Shown one piece after another: positions 28,020-36,224 of a stretch of 37,231 nt of DNA. The notes beneath the pieces are model-generated. The model saw nothing but the letters and a program-made list of their open reading frames with translations, made no database searches and was not told where the DNA came from. Each line of letters starts with the position of its first letter. Within the stretch, counting starts at the first letter, position 1. Both the position numbers and the translations under genes were made by a program. The DNA comes from Chloroflexota bacterium (lineage in GTDB: Bacteria; Chloroflexota; Anaerolineae; B4-G1), in assembly GCA_011046405.1 (NCBI GenBank), contig DSAR01000349.1, positions 1 through 37,231 on the forward strand, given 5' to 3'.

Positions 28020-28544
28020 ATGGAACCAACCAGGATAGTCGACAAGCCCCGGATGATTTTGCTGGGCCTCAACTTTTTCGGCGACCCGTTCAGATTCAGC
28101 GGTGACTGGACCGAGGAGAACGAGATCGGGCGATTGTGGAAGCGGTTTCTGGCTTACTTGCAGGAAAATGAGCAGCGTATCAAGCACGCTCAGATGGACG
28201 GCCCGATGTACGAGGTGCACGTCCAGCACGAGATGACACCGCGCACCGGCGAGTGCGAAGTTTTCGTGGGAATCGAGGTTGAAAAGCTGGAGGACGTGCC
28301 GGTGCTCCTGTCGGCGAAGATTTTGCCGGCGGTAACGTACGCAGTCTTCACCTTCCGCGGAAAGCAAATTGTGTCGGATTGGGGGCACTGGATCTTCGAC
28401 GAGTGGTTACCCCAATCCGATTTCGAGTCCGCCTATCCCTACGGCTTCCAGTATTACGACGAACGCTTCAAGGGACTCGAGCGCCTGGAAGAATCCGTTC
28501 TGGACGTCTACATTCCGGTGAGAAAGATCAAGCAAGATGCTTGA
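28020..28544 (+). CDS. GyrI-like small-molecule-binding protein
   Basis: Motifs EIGRLW..F, FVGIEV, LPAVTYAVFT, IFDEWLPQS and FQYYDERF...DVYIPV. Confidence 0.85.
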   Translation: MEPTRIVDKPRMILLGLNFFGDPFRFSGDWTEENEIGRLWKRFLAYLQENEQRIKHAQMDGPMYEVHVQHEMTPRTGECEVFVGIEVEKLEDVPVLLSAKILPAVTYAVFTFRGKQIVSDWGHWIFDEWLPQSDFESAYPYGFQYYDERFKGLERLEESVLDVYIPVRKIKQDA

Positions 28545-29397
28545 CGCTGTCGTCATCTCTCAGGCTATCGACTTCATCGAAGACAACCTCCGGGAGAATA
28601 TTGCCGTGGCCGACGTGGCGGATGCCGTTTCGTATTCGCTGTATTATTTCTGCCGGGCATTCAACCAGGTCACTCACCTCACCCCTTACGATTACTTGAT
28701 CCGGCGGCGGCTGGCGATGGCGGCCCGAGCGCTGCTCGAGACCGATCGTAAGGTGATCGACGTCGCGCTCGACTACCAGTTCAACAACCCCGAGACGTTT
28801 TCGCGGGCCTTCAAGCGGGTGTTTGGAACATCGCCGAGCGGATGGCGGAAGCGGGGCCGCCTCGACGAATGGGACCTCATGCCGCGGCTGACGCTGGCTC
28901 ATCTCGAACACATCGCGAAGGGAGATTACCTGAAACCGGTACCGGTGACACAGGAGGCGGTCCGGGTTGCCGGGGTGATGACGTGGGTGCAGGAGAGGCG
29001 GCGGAGCGTCTCGGACCTGTGGCATCTGCTGGCCGACATACTCGTCCGGCGAGAGATCGCTCACATGCCGGGGGCGTATTACGGCATCTCGATGCGAGCC
29101 TCCCAGGAGATGGGGGGCTTCCTGTACCTGGCGGCGGTCGAACTAGCGGAGGGAGAGATCGGGGACGCGGCGTTGGTGGTGAAGGAGATCCCCGCACTGG
29201 GGTGCGTGCGTTTTGTCCACAAGGGGCCAGGGTGGGATCTGCCGCTGACGCTGGATTACGTCTATCACACCTGGCTGCCCAAATCGGGGCTGCGGCCGAG
29301 CGTGCCGTGGACGATCGAACAGAGCGAACGAAACTTCTGCCACTTGGACGAGGCGCCGTCGGAACGGGCGGTCTACGTGCCGGTGGACAGACAATAG
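28537..29397 (+). CDS. AraC-family regulator with a C-terminal GyrI-like effector domain (Rob-like)
   Basis: AIDFIEDNL...VSYSLYYFCRAF, RRLA.AA, FNNPETFSRAFKRVFG; C-terminal F.HKG...YVYHTWLP. Confidence 0.9.
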   Translation: MLDAVVISQAIDFIEDNLRENIAVADVADAVSYSLYYFCRAFNQVTHLTPYDYLIRRRLAMAARALLETDRKVIDVALDYQFNNPETFSRAFKRVFGTSPSGWRKRGRLDEWDLMPRLTLAHLEHIAKGDYLKPVPVTQEAVRVAGVMTWVQERRRSVSDLWHLLADILVRREIAHMPGAYYGISMRASQEMGGFLYLAAVELAEGEIGDAALVVKEIPALGCVRFVHKGPGWDLPLTLDYVYHTWLPKSGLRPSVPWTIEQSERNFCHLDEAPSERAVYVPVDRQ

Positions 29398-29451
29398 CGC
29401 TGACGGCGGTTGACCTGGTTTTATACAGCGCGTAAGAGAGAAGAGGTTAGC

Positions 29452-29485
29452 AAAAGCTCGACGACCGAGAACCGTCGGGCTTTTT
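29452..29485 (+). terminator. Intrinsic terminator
   Basis: aaaagctcgacg/cgtcgggctttt stem ending in a T5 tract. Confidence 0.65.
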
Positions 29486-29536
29486 GAGGATGTGAACGTT
29501 TGCCGCCGGATTTCGAAAACCCAGCTATCATCAAAT

Positions 29537-29565
29537 TTGTGCAAGTTCGACCATTAGGCTATAAT
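29537..29565 (+). promoter_or_regulatory. sigma70 promoter
   Basis: TTGTGC-17 bp-TATAAT. Confidence 0.55.
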
Positions 29566-29625
29566 CCCTTGCGATGACGTACGCACCTGCAACCTGCCTA
29601 ACTGACATCTTACACGCGCCTAAAG

Positions 29626-30342
29626 ATGACCAACATTTCAGCTGATCAACTAAGTCCCAGTCAAATCCTCTTACTCCGAGGCGACCGCTTCGTCCACCAA
29701 CGGGGCAAGCTCGTGCTGCCCACTGGTGCCTCCGTTTCGATGCAAGCGATGGCCGAGAAGTTAATGACCGTCGCCTTCCTGGCCTGCGCAGCTCAAAATA
29801 TCATGGAACTCCAAATTCAGACGCAGGAGACGCTCTTCGGGCTCTGGACCGTTCAAAAGCTGCTCGTTATCCCTCACACCACCGACGTTCCCTGGCCCAA
29901 AACCTCTTTGGAGGCTCGCCTAACCCAATTGGCCGCACATCTCCTGCCAGAAAACCGATGCCGCGTTCAATCTCTCGTTCACGTCTTTCTGGGGGAGGAC
30001 AGCCCCTATCCCTGGCGCCAGATCGTGGCTATCGCTCAGGGCGGCCTGGTCGCCCAGGGGGTCTTGGCCCACATCGACGAAGCGCACTGGTCGATGTTCG
30101 AGCACCGCAAAAAGCTTCACCTGGCCCGACCCACGTGCGGCTCGCTCGACGATCTCGACTGCACGGTGCCCGAGGCGTTATTGGTCCATTACGCCCAAGC
30201 AACGCCCCAAATTTGGCATCGCCTGCGTCAGGAGATCGCGTGGGGCATCGGTGCGCGCAATAAACGCCCCCATCCACTACGCGAGAACCGCCAACGACGA
30301 ATCAAGCTCATCAACGAACACCGCCCTTTCAACCGGTTCTAG
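29626..30342 (+). CDS. Hypothetical protein
   Basis: 238-aa ORF filling the gap, with its own promoter; no recognised motif. Confidence 0.65.
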   Translation: MTNISADQLSPSQILLLRGDRFVHQRGKLVLPTGASVSMQAMAEKLMTVAFLACAAQNIMELQIQTQETLFGLWTVQKLLVIPHTTDVPWPKTSLEARLTQLAAHLLPENRCRVQSLVHVFLGEDSPYPWRQIVAIAQGGLVAQGVLAHIDEAHWSMFEHRKKLHLARPTCGSLDDLDCTVPEALLVHYAQATPQIWHRLRQEIAWGIGARNKRPHPLRENRQRRIKLINEHRPFNRF

Positions 30343-30369
30343 TGGCAATATGCTTTAAATAACGGAAAA

Positions 30370-30401
30370 GTAACTGCTCAGGCCAGTCCCTTGCTGCGAT
30401 G
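30370..30401. repeat. 32-bp dispersed repeat, copy 2 (inverted)
   Basis: gtaactgctcaggccagtcccttgctgcgatg. Confidence 0.9.
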
Positions 30402-30405
30402 CTAA

Positions 30406-30483
30406 GGACTTGTTCAAAAATAACTTCGGTGTTTGGGCCGACTTTTCCCAGGGAAAAGTCCGAAGTTATTTCTGAACAGCTCC
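30406..30483. mobile_element. 78-bp MITE flanked by TAA direct repeats
   Basis: TIRs ggacttgttcaaaaataacttcgg / ccgaagttatttctgaacagctcc match at 21/24. TAA lies at 30403-30405 and 30484-30486. Internal gacttttccc/gggaaaagtc inverted repeat. Confidence 0.7.
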
Positions 30484-30543
30484 TAAGGAAAAACCCGGTT
30501 TCTAACAGCGTTAACCAAACCTGATCGATTTTAGGAGTCAACT

Positions 30544-33165
30544 TTGGAAGTCATCCTGACCCACGAGAACGCCGATTTCGACGCCATCGCCAGCCTGCTG
30601 GGCGCCAGCAAGCTATTCCCGGCCGCCACGCCCGTGCTGCCTCGGCGCGTCAATCGCAATGGGCGGGCGTTCCTGGCGCTCTACGGAGCGGAACTCCCAA
30701 TGATCGAGGAAAAGGACCTTCCAAGGCGTCGCCAGATCACCCGCGCCATCCTGGTGGACACTCAGGGTCTGAACACCCTCAAGGGAATGAAACGTAACCT
30801 ACGGGTTGACGTCATCGACCACCACGAACGGGATCAGAAACTGCCAGAAAATTGGACCTTCACCGGAGAGCCGCTAGGGGCGACCACCACCCTGCTGGTC
30901 GAGGAAATTTCAGGACGGGCCTTGAAACTCACCAGCATCGAAGCGACCCTGCTACTCCTGGGCATCTACGAGGATACAGGCTCTCTATCCTACGAAACGA
31001 CTAGTCCCCGCGACGTGCGGGCAGCCGCCTGGCTCATGGAACAGGGCGCCCGCCTGTCTGAGGCCAACAAATTTCTTCACCATCCCCTCGCCCCAGAACA
31101 ACGCGATCTCTACGAACAGCTGCTGGAACAAAGCGATACCCGCGAAATTGAGGGACACCATATCCTCGTCGCCTGGGCCGAGGCGCCCCGCTTCGACGAG
31201 GAAATCTCCACCCTGGCCCACAAGCTGCGCGACCTGCTGGAGCCCTCGGCCTTGTTCGTCCTCGTCGGTCTCAACGATCACGTCCAGATGGTGGCCCGCA
31301 GCGCCACCGACGATATCGACGTCTCGAAGGTAGCCAGACACTTTGGCGGCGGCGGGCATAAACAGGCAGCGGCCGCTCTCGTCCGTGAACGTCCGTTGCA
31401 GGCCGTGCGCGAGGAACTGATCGACCTGTTAAGCGACATCGTCCAGCCCAGCACCACCGTCGCCCAGATTATGTCGTGGGGCGTCCAGGTGCTCTCGCCC
31501 GACGATACCATCGCCGAAGCAGCCCACCGCATGCAACGCACCGGGCACGAAGGTTATCCGGTCGTCGACGCAGGCCGCGTAGTTGGCCTGCTCACCCGCC
31601 GGGCCGTCGATCGCGCCCAACAATTCAAAATGCTTGACAAGCCGGTTAGCCAGGTGATGGAAGCCGGCGCCGTCACGGTAGAAAGCGACGACTCGGTCGC
31701 TTATCTCCAACAACTGATGATCGAAAGCGGCTGGGGCCAGATACCCGTCGTCGAGAACGATCAGGTCGTCGGGGTCGTCACGCGCACTGATCTGATCACC
31801 CTGTGGGGGTCTACTCCCCCGTCACCCCGGCAACGAGAGTTCGCCCGGCTATTGGAACAGGCGTTTCCGGCCCCGGTGCTTGCCCTGGTGCGCTGCATTT
31901 CACGAGAAGCCAGCGACATGGACGTCGTTCCCTACTTCGTCGGCGGGTTGGTTCGCGATCTGATCCTCAAACAACCCATCTTCGACATCGACATGGTGAT
32001 AGAGGGTGACGCCATCGCTCTGGCTCGCCGCCTGGCCCAACAACTGGGTGGTCGGGTGACGACCCACCGGCGATTCGGCACAGCCAAGTGGCTCCTCTCT
32101 TCCCAGGTTTGGCGACAGGTCGCCCCCCACGAGAAAATCTCGACCGAGGACACGCTCCCTCCCAGCGTGGATTTTGTCACGGCGCGCACCGAATTTTACA
32201 CGCACCCGAGCGCCCTCCCGCAGGTAGAGCGTAGTTCCATCAAACAAGACCTCCACCGGCGCGACTTCACCATCAATACGCTGGCAATTCGCCTGGATCC
32301 TGAGCACTGGGGCGAGATATTGGATTTCTACGGCGGCGAAGCCGACATGGACAACCGCGTCATCCGAGTGCTCCATAGCCTCAGTTTCGTGGACGATCCC
32401 ACCCGGATGTTGAGAGCGGCGCGACTGGAATGCCGTTTGGGATTCCACCTGGACCCCCGCAGCGAAGAACTCATCTCCAAGGCCCTGCCACTGCTAAAGC
32501 GCGTCAGCGGGGATCGCATTCGACACGAACTGGCGTTGATTTTCTGCGAACCGGAACCGGAGCAGGCCCTGTGCCGCCTGCAAGCATTGGACATCCTGCC
32601 CCAAATCCACCCCGATCTGAGGTGCGACACCTGGCTCCAGGAGAAATATACCGCGCTCCGCCAGAGTTTCGACGCCGCCGTGTGGGATCTGAAATCGAAT
32701 GACTGTCCCTTCCTTCACCTGGCCCTGCTCACCTACCGCCTCGATAAGAAAGGGCTGACCACCCTGATCGAGCGACTGAAAGTACCGCGCAGCGACGCTG
32801 ACGACCTGCACCTGCTCTTCAACCTCCGGCAAGCGCTCCCCCAGCTGGGTAAAGCGCGCCGGCCCAGCGCCGTCTACCACCTGCTTCAACCCTATCCCTC
32901 GCAGGTCCTGGGGGCAGCGTGGTTGCTTAGCGAACGCGCGCGCCTTCGCCAGCGCATCTATCAATACCAGACGGAGTGGCGCCAGGTAGAACCAGAACTG
33001 ACCGGCGACGACCTGAAAGCGATGGGGCTGGAACCGGGTCCCATCTTTGGGCGTCTGCTGGAAACCCTGCGCGACGCCCGTCTCGACGGCAAGGTCAGCA
33101 CGCGGGAAGAGGAGATTTGCCTGTTGAAAAGAAAGCTGAAAGCCGAGGAAACGTCAGAAGTATAA
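30544..33165 (+). CDS. cca: tRNA nucleotidyltransferase (CCA- or A-adding) with DHH/DHHA1 and CBS domains
   Basis: HENADFDA, IDHH, GGGGH..AA, a CBS pair, GGLVRD, DID, DLHRRDFTIN and DDPTR; TTG start with AGGAG RBS. Confidence 0.88.
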   Translation: MEVILTHENADFDAIASLLGASKLFPAATPVLPRRVNRNGRAFLALYGAELPMIEEKDLPRRRQITRAILVDTQGLNTLKGMKRNLRVDVIDHHERDQKLPENWTFTGEPLGATTTLLVEEISGRALKLTSIEATLLLLGIYEDTGSLSYETTSPRDVRAAAWLMEQGARLSEANKFLHHPLAPEQRDLYEQLLEQSDTREIEGHHILVAWAEAPRFDEEISTLAHKLRDLLEPSALFVLVGLNDHVQMVARSATDDIDVSKVARHFGGGGHKQAAAALVRERPLQAVREELIDLLSDIVQPSTTVAQIMSWGVQVLSPDDTIAEAAHRMQRTGHEGYPVVDAGRVVGLLTRRAVDRAQQFKMLDKPVSQVMEAGAVTVESDDSVAYLQQLMIESGWGQIPVVENDQVVGVVTRTDLITLWGSTPPSPRQREFARLLEQAFPAPVLALVRCISREASDMDVVPYFVGGLVRDLILKQPIFDIDMVIEGDAIALARRLAQQLGGRVTTHRRFGTAKWLLSSQVWRQVAPHEKISTEDTLPPSVDFVTARTEFYTHPSALPQVERSSIKQDLHRRDFTINTLAIRLDPEHWGEILDFYGGEADMDNRVIRVLHSLSFVDDPTRMLRAARLECRLGFHLDPRSEELISKALPLLKRVSGDRIRHELALIFCEPEPEQALCRLQALDILPQIHPDLRCDTWLQEKYTALRQSFDAAVWDLKSNDCPFLHLALLTYRLDKKGLTTLIERLKVPRSDADDLHLLFNLRQALPQLGKARRPSAVYHLLQPYPSQVLGAAWLLSERARLRQRIYQYQTEWRQVEPELTGDDLKAMGLEPGPIFGRLLETLRDARLDGKVSTREEEICLLKRKLKAEETSEV

Positions 33166-33180
33166 AAATAGGAGAACATC

Positions 33181-33516
33181 ATGTCCACCAGACGAACAAA
33201 TCGGCGCCCCCCCGCGCTGTCCAGCGAGATCGTCCAGGGAGAACCCATGCCAGCAGGAGAGCGGGAAATCATTCCTGTAGTCCGAGTGACGACCTACGCC
33301 CGTCGCCGCGCCCTCGTCGGCGCCCAGCGATTGACCGGGCAGGGCGGCGGCTTTGTACACCTCAAGCCCATCGCCATCATAGCGCGCGGACCGGACGGCG
33401 AGCGCCGCATACCCATCCCCGATAAGACCGTCCAGATACTGGGAGGACTCCTGCTGGTCGCTTTCATCGTCCCTGTGATCTTGATGTTGGCCGTACAACT
33501 GATGCGCAAGCGCTGA
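33181..33516 (+). CDS. YtfJ/GerW-like small protein with a C-terminal TM helix
   Basis: GEP..AG.R.IIPVVRV and GGG...KPIAII, with a C-terminal hydrophobic helix. Confidence 0.7.
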   Translation: MSTRRTNRRPPALSSEIVQGEPMPAGEREIIPVVRVTTYARRRALVGAQRLTGQGGGFVHLKPIAIIARGPDGERRIPIPDKTVQILGGLLLVAFIVPVILMLAVQLMRKR

Positions 33517-33556
33517 TCTTCGGCAAAACCTGATGAGTCTCACGAAAGGAGAAGCT

Positions 33557-34000
33557 ATGGATATGGAAAAGGAAATTCAAAAACTACTGGATGCTGTCGC
33601 CGATTTACGCCACAAAGCCAACGCGAACGCCTGTTTCGGCGAGCCCGTGCTCGTCGAGGATTGCGTCGTCATCCCCGTCGCCAGCGTCAGTTATGGTTTC
33701 GGCGCGGGGATAGGACAATGCCCCAGGATGGAAGACATGGGGATGAGAAAAGCACCAGACACCGAGGAACCCAAGGTAACCGAGCAGGAGGAAAACGACA
33801 TCGACAGTGGAAAAGGCGGAGGCGGAGGAGGCGGCGCTTCGGCGCGGCCTATCGCTGCTCTCGAAGTGACGTCGAAAGGCGTCAGAGTAGAGCCGGTCAT
33901 GGATGAGCAGAAACTGGCCCTCGCTGGCGCCCTGTTGATCGGGTGGAACGTCTTCTGGCTGGCACGCGCGCTGATCAAGATATTCGGCCAGCAGGATTGA
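33557..34000 (+). CDS. YtfJ/GerW family protein
   Basis: FGEPV...VIPVASVSYGFGAG.G and GGGGGGG..ARPIA; ATG 33557 follows AAGGAG. Confidence 0.8.
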   Translation: MDMEKEIQKLLDAVADLRHKANANACFGEPVLVEDCVVIPVASVSYGFGAGIGQCPRMEDMGMRKAPDTEEPKVTEQEENDIDSGKGGGGGGGASARPIAALEVTSKGVRVEPVMDEQKLALAGALLIGWNVFWLARALIKIFGQQD

Positions 34001-34027
34001 GCGCCTCACAACGAGGATTGTTTTTTG

Positions 34028-34056
34028 TTGAAGAACCGGCCTGCCTGTGGTATAAT
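34028..34056 (+). promoter_or_regulatory. sigma70 promoter of lgt
   Basis: TTGAAG-17 bp-TATAAT with an extended TG. Confidence 0.65.
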
Positions 34057-34139
34057 CCCTCGCGGGCTGGAGATCGCAAACATACGCCCGTTTCAAACGT
34101 TCAAAAATTCCATATCTATGCAGCAGGAGGAGGACACCT

Positions 34140-35030
34140 ATGAAGCCACCGCTTGACCCCATACTCATCCGCTTTGGGCCAAATCTGGGCATTCACTGGT
34201 ACGGTATTCTCATCGTCAGCGGCGTGATGCTGGGCGCTGTTTACGCAGCCTGGCGGGCCAAACAGGCGGGCGACGACCCCGATCACGTCTGGAACGCGCT
34301 CATTCTCGCCATCACCCTGGGCATCATCGGCGCCCGGATCTATCACGTCTTCTCTAACCCGGCCGGCATGATCGGTTGGGATTATTACAAAGAGAATCCT
34401 ATCGAGGTTTTTTACATCTGGCAGGGAGGTCTGGGCATTTACGGCGCCATCATTGGCGGCGCATTGGGCATCCTGACCTACGCCTGGCGAGCTAACTTGA
34501 AAGCGCTTCGATGGCTGGATTACGGCGCCCCTGGTCTGGCCCTGGGACAGGCTATCGGGCGGTGGGGAAATTTTATCAATCAAGAACTCTACGGTCCCCC
34601 GACCGATCTGGCGTGGGGATTGATCATCGATCCCGCACACCGCATCCCACCTTACAATGACCTCACCACCTATCCCCTTGACACCCTATTCCATCCTACC
34701 TTCCTGTACGAATCGCTGTGGTGTCTGCTGCTATTCATCTCGTTGGCCGTCATCTCCAGGAAACTGAAGGATAAATTGCTCCCGGGAGACATTCTCCTGG
34801 GCTACCTGATTGGCTATCCCCTGGGACGCTTCTTCATCGAGTACTTCCGCCCCGATGCCTGGACCATCGGTTCCATCGCCGCCGCGCAACTATTTGCTCT
34901 CATCAGCATCGCCGCTGCCGTTGCCATTCTCGCCGTTCGCCACGTCCGGGCAAAGGAGAAGGAGAACGGGATTGAGAATGGGATTGAGAACGAGATTGAG
35001 AACTCGAGTCAAAGCGATCTGGATGTGTGA
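34140..35030 (+). CDS. lgt: Prolipoprotein diacylglyceryl transferase
   Basis: Motifs IHWYG, GARIYHV, GGLGIYG, GQAIGRWGNFINQELYG, HPTFLYES and RFFIEYFR. Confidence 0.95.
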   Translation: MKPPLDPILIRFGPNLGIHWYGILIVSGVMLGAVYAAWRAKQAGDDPDHVWNALILAITLGIIGARIYHVFSNPAGMIGWDYYKENPIEVFYIWQGGLGIYGAIIGGALGILTYAWRANLKALRWLDYGAPGLALGQAIGRWGNFINQELYGPPTDLAWGLIIDPAHRIPPYNDLTTYPLDTLFHPTFLYESLWCLLLFISLAVISRKLKDKLLPGDILLGYLIGYPLGRFFIEYFRPDAWTIGSIAAAQLFALISIAAAVAILAVRHVRAKEKENGIENGIENEIENSSQSDLDV

Positions 35031-35088
35031 TGTCTGACGAAAGAAACCCGACCAGTTTAGCGCATGTCGATAGACAGCTGAGTCAGTC

Positions 35089-35132
35089 AAGAAGAGAGGC
35101 CTAATGCCTGAGGGTGTTAGGCCCGTTTCTTT
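35089..35132 (+). terminator. Probable terminator after lgt
   Basis: ggcctaatgcc-tgag-ggtgttaggcc stem followed by cgtttcttt. Confidence 0.5.
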
Positions 35133-35151
35133 CCTAGGGGAGGAATAACCG

Positions 35152-35850
35152 ATGGACATAGGGAGCACCTTATACCATTTGCAAGAACTGGATACAGAAA
35201 AAGATGCCGCGCAACGTCGATTATCCGAAATCGAGGCAGTGTTGGGGGAAAACGAGGCCCTAAAACGCGCCCGTCACGCCCTGAAAACCGCACAGGAGCA
35301 GTTGAAAAAGTGGTCGAAGCAACAACGCGAATTGGATCTCCAAATCCAAAGCATCGCAAACAAACGAGCGCGCTCTGAAAAAAGACTCTACAGCGGCGAA
35401 GTCACAAACCCCAAGGAATTGACCGATCTCCAATCGGAGATCACATCCCTGCAACGACGGAAACGAAAACTGGAGGATGAACTGCTGGAGGCGATGATCG
35501 CGCTGGAAGAATCGGAAAACGCCCAAACACAGGCACAACAACACTTCGATCAAACGGAATCCCAGTGGCTGGGCCAACAGGCGAATCTGAAAGCTGAACA
35601 ACAACAGCTTCAAAGCCGGCTGATAGAGATCCAACAGGCGCGCGCGAAGCTTCCGCCCCAGATAAGCACCGACAAACTGGCTGCTTACGATACCTTACGT
35701 GCGAAGAAAAGTGGATTGGCCGTCGTAAAAATCAACGGTGACGCTTGCGGAGGTTGCGGCGTGAGCATCACACCTGCCCTGAAGTGGGAACTGCGCCAAC
35801 AGGAGATGGCCTATTGCGGTAACTGCGGGCGCATCATCGTGCCAGTATGA
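35152..35850 (+). CDS. Coiled-coil protein with a C4 zinc ribbon (DUF164/CT398-like)
   Basis: LY.LQ.LD, a long coiled coil, KEL..LQ.EI, and CGGC...CGNCGRI. Confidence 0.88.
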   Translation: MDIGSTLYHLQELDTEKDAAQRRLSEIEAVLGENEALKRARHALKTAQEQLKKWSKQQRELDLQIQSIANKRARSEKRLYSGEVTNPKELTDLQSEITSLQRRKRKLEDELLEAMIALEESENAQTQAQQHFDQTESQWLGQQANLKAEQQQLQSRLIEIQQARAKLPPQISTDKLAAYDTLRAKKSGLAVVKINGDACGGCGVSITPALKWELRQQEMAYCGNCGRIIVPV

Positions 35851-35854
35851 GGAT

Positions 35855-35896
35855 AAAAAGTCACGGCCTCCTCTTTAGAAAGAGGAGGCCGTGACT
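35855..35896 (-). terminator. Intrinsic terminator oriented for a minus-strand transcript
   Basis: agtcacggcctcctcttt-ag-aaagaggaggccgtgact; the A5 tract on the left gives a U-tract on the minus strand. Confidence 0.8.
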
Positions 35897-35963
35897 GCGA
35901 AAGGAGGGTAACCACAAACAGCCTTTGATGTCAGTCAGGGGGGCGGAACCCTTTCCAACATCA
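35855..35963 (-). ncRNA. Candidate small RNA with an anti-SD motif
   Basis: Lies between a TTGACT-17-TAAAAT promoter and an 18-bp-stem terminator with U-tract. Has a 5' hairpin, a central ACCCUCCUUUC and no ORF. Ends are approximate. Confidence 0.65.
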
Positions 35964-35968
35964 ATTAC

Positions 35969-35997
35969 ATTTTAATGGACAGCGTCCCCCAAGTCAA
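35969..35997 (-). promoter_or_regulatory. sigma70 promoter of the candidate sRNA
   Basis: TTGACT (35997-35992), a 17-bp spacer and TAAAAT (35974-35969). Confidence 0.7.
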
Positions 35998-36033
35998 TAG
36001 TACTATCGTACCATTGGCAGGCAAATGAGTAGA

Positions 36034-36066
36034 AAGTGTGCAAGTGTGCAAGTGTGCAGGTGTGCA
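36034..36066. repeat. Third ACTTGCAC array (reverse orientation)
   Basis: aagtgtgc x3 plus aggtgtgc. Confidence 0.88.
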
Positions 36067-36114
36067 CCCGCTTCCCTTTCGATGCGCCATCATGTTGCTA
36101 TCCGCTCTCGCAAG

Positions 36115-36143
36115 TTGACATTCACGCTAAATTTAGCTATCAT
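36115..36143 (+). promoter_or_regulatory. sigma70 promoter of the response regulator
   Basis: TTGACA-17 bp-TATCAT. Confidence 0.7.
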
Positions 36144-36224
36144 TAGGCATATTCGATAACATACATAATTGACAAAATTCGTGTCATCCATTTCTATCTC
36201 GTTCAGGTCAGGGAGGTATAAGCC

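Noticed and set aside
27438-28388. 316-aa minus-strand ORF
   Set aside because: It spans two well-supported plus-strand genes in antisense.
35901-35930. Plus-strand small ORF behind AAGGAGG
   Set aside because: The nearest start codons are 17-20 nt downstream, and the promoter and terminator both point to the minus strand.
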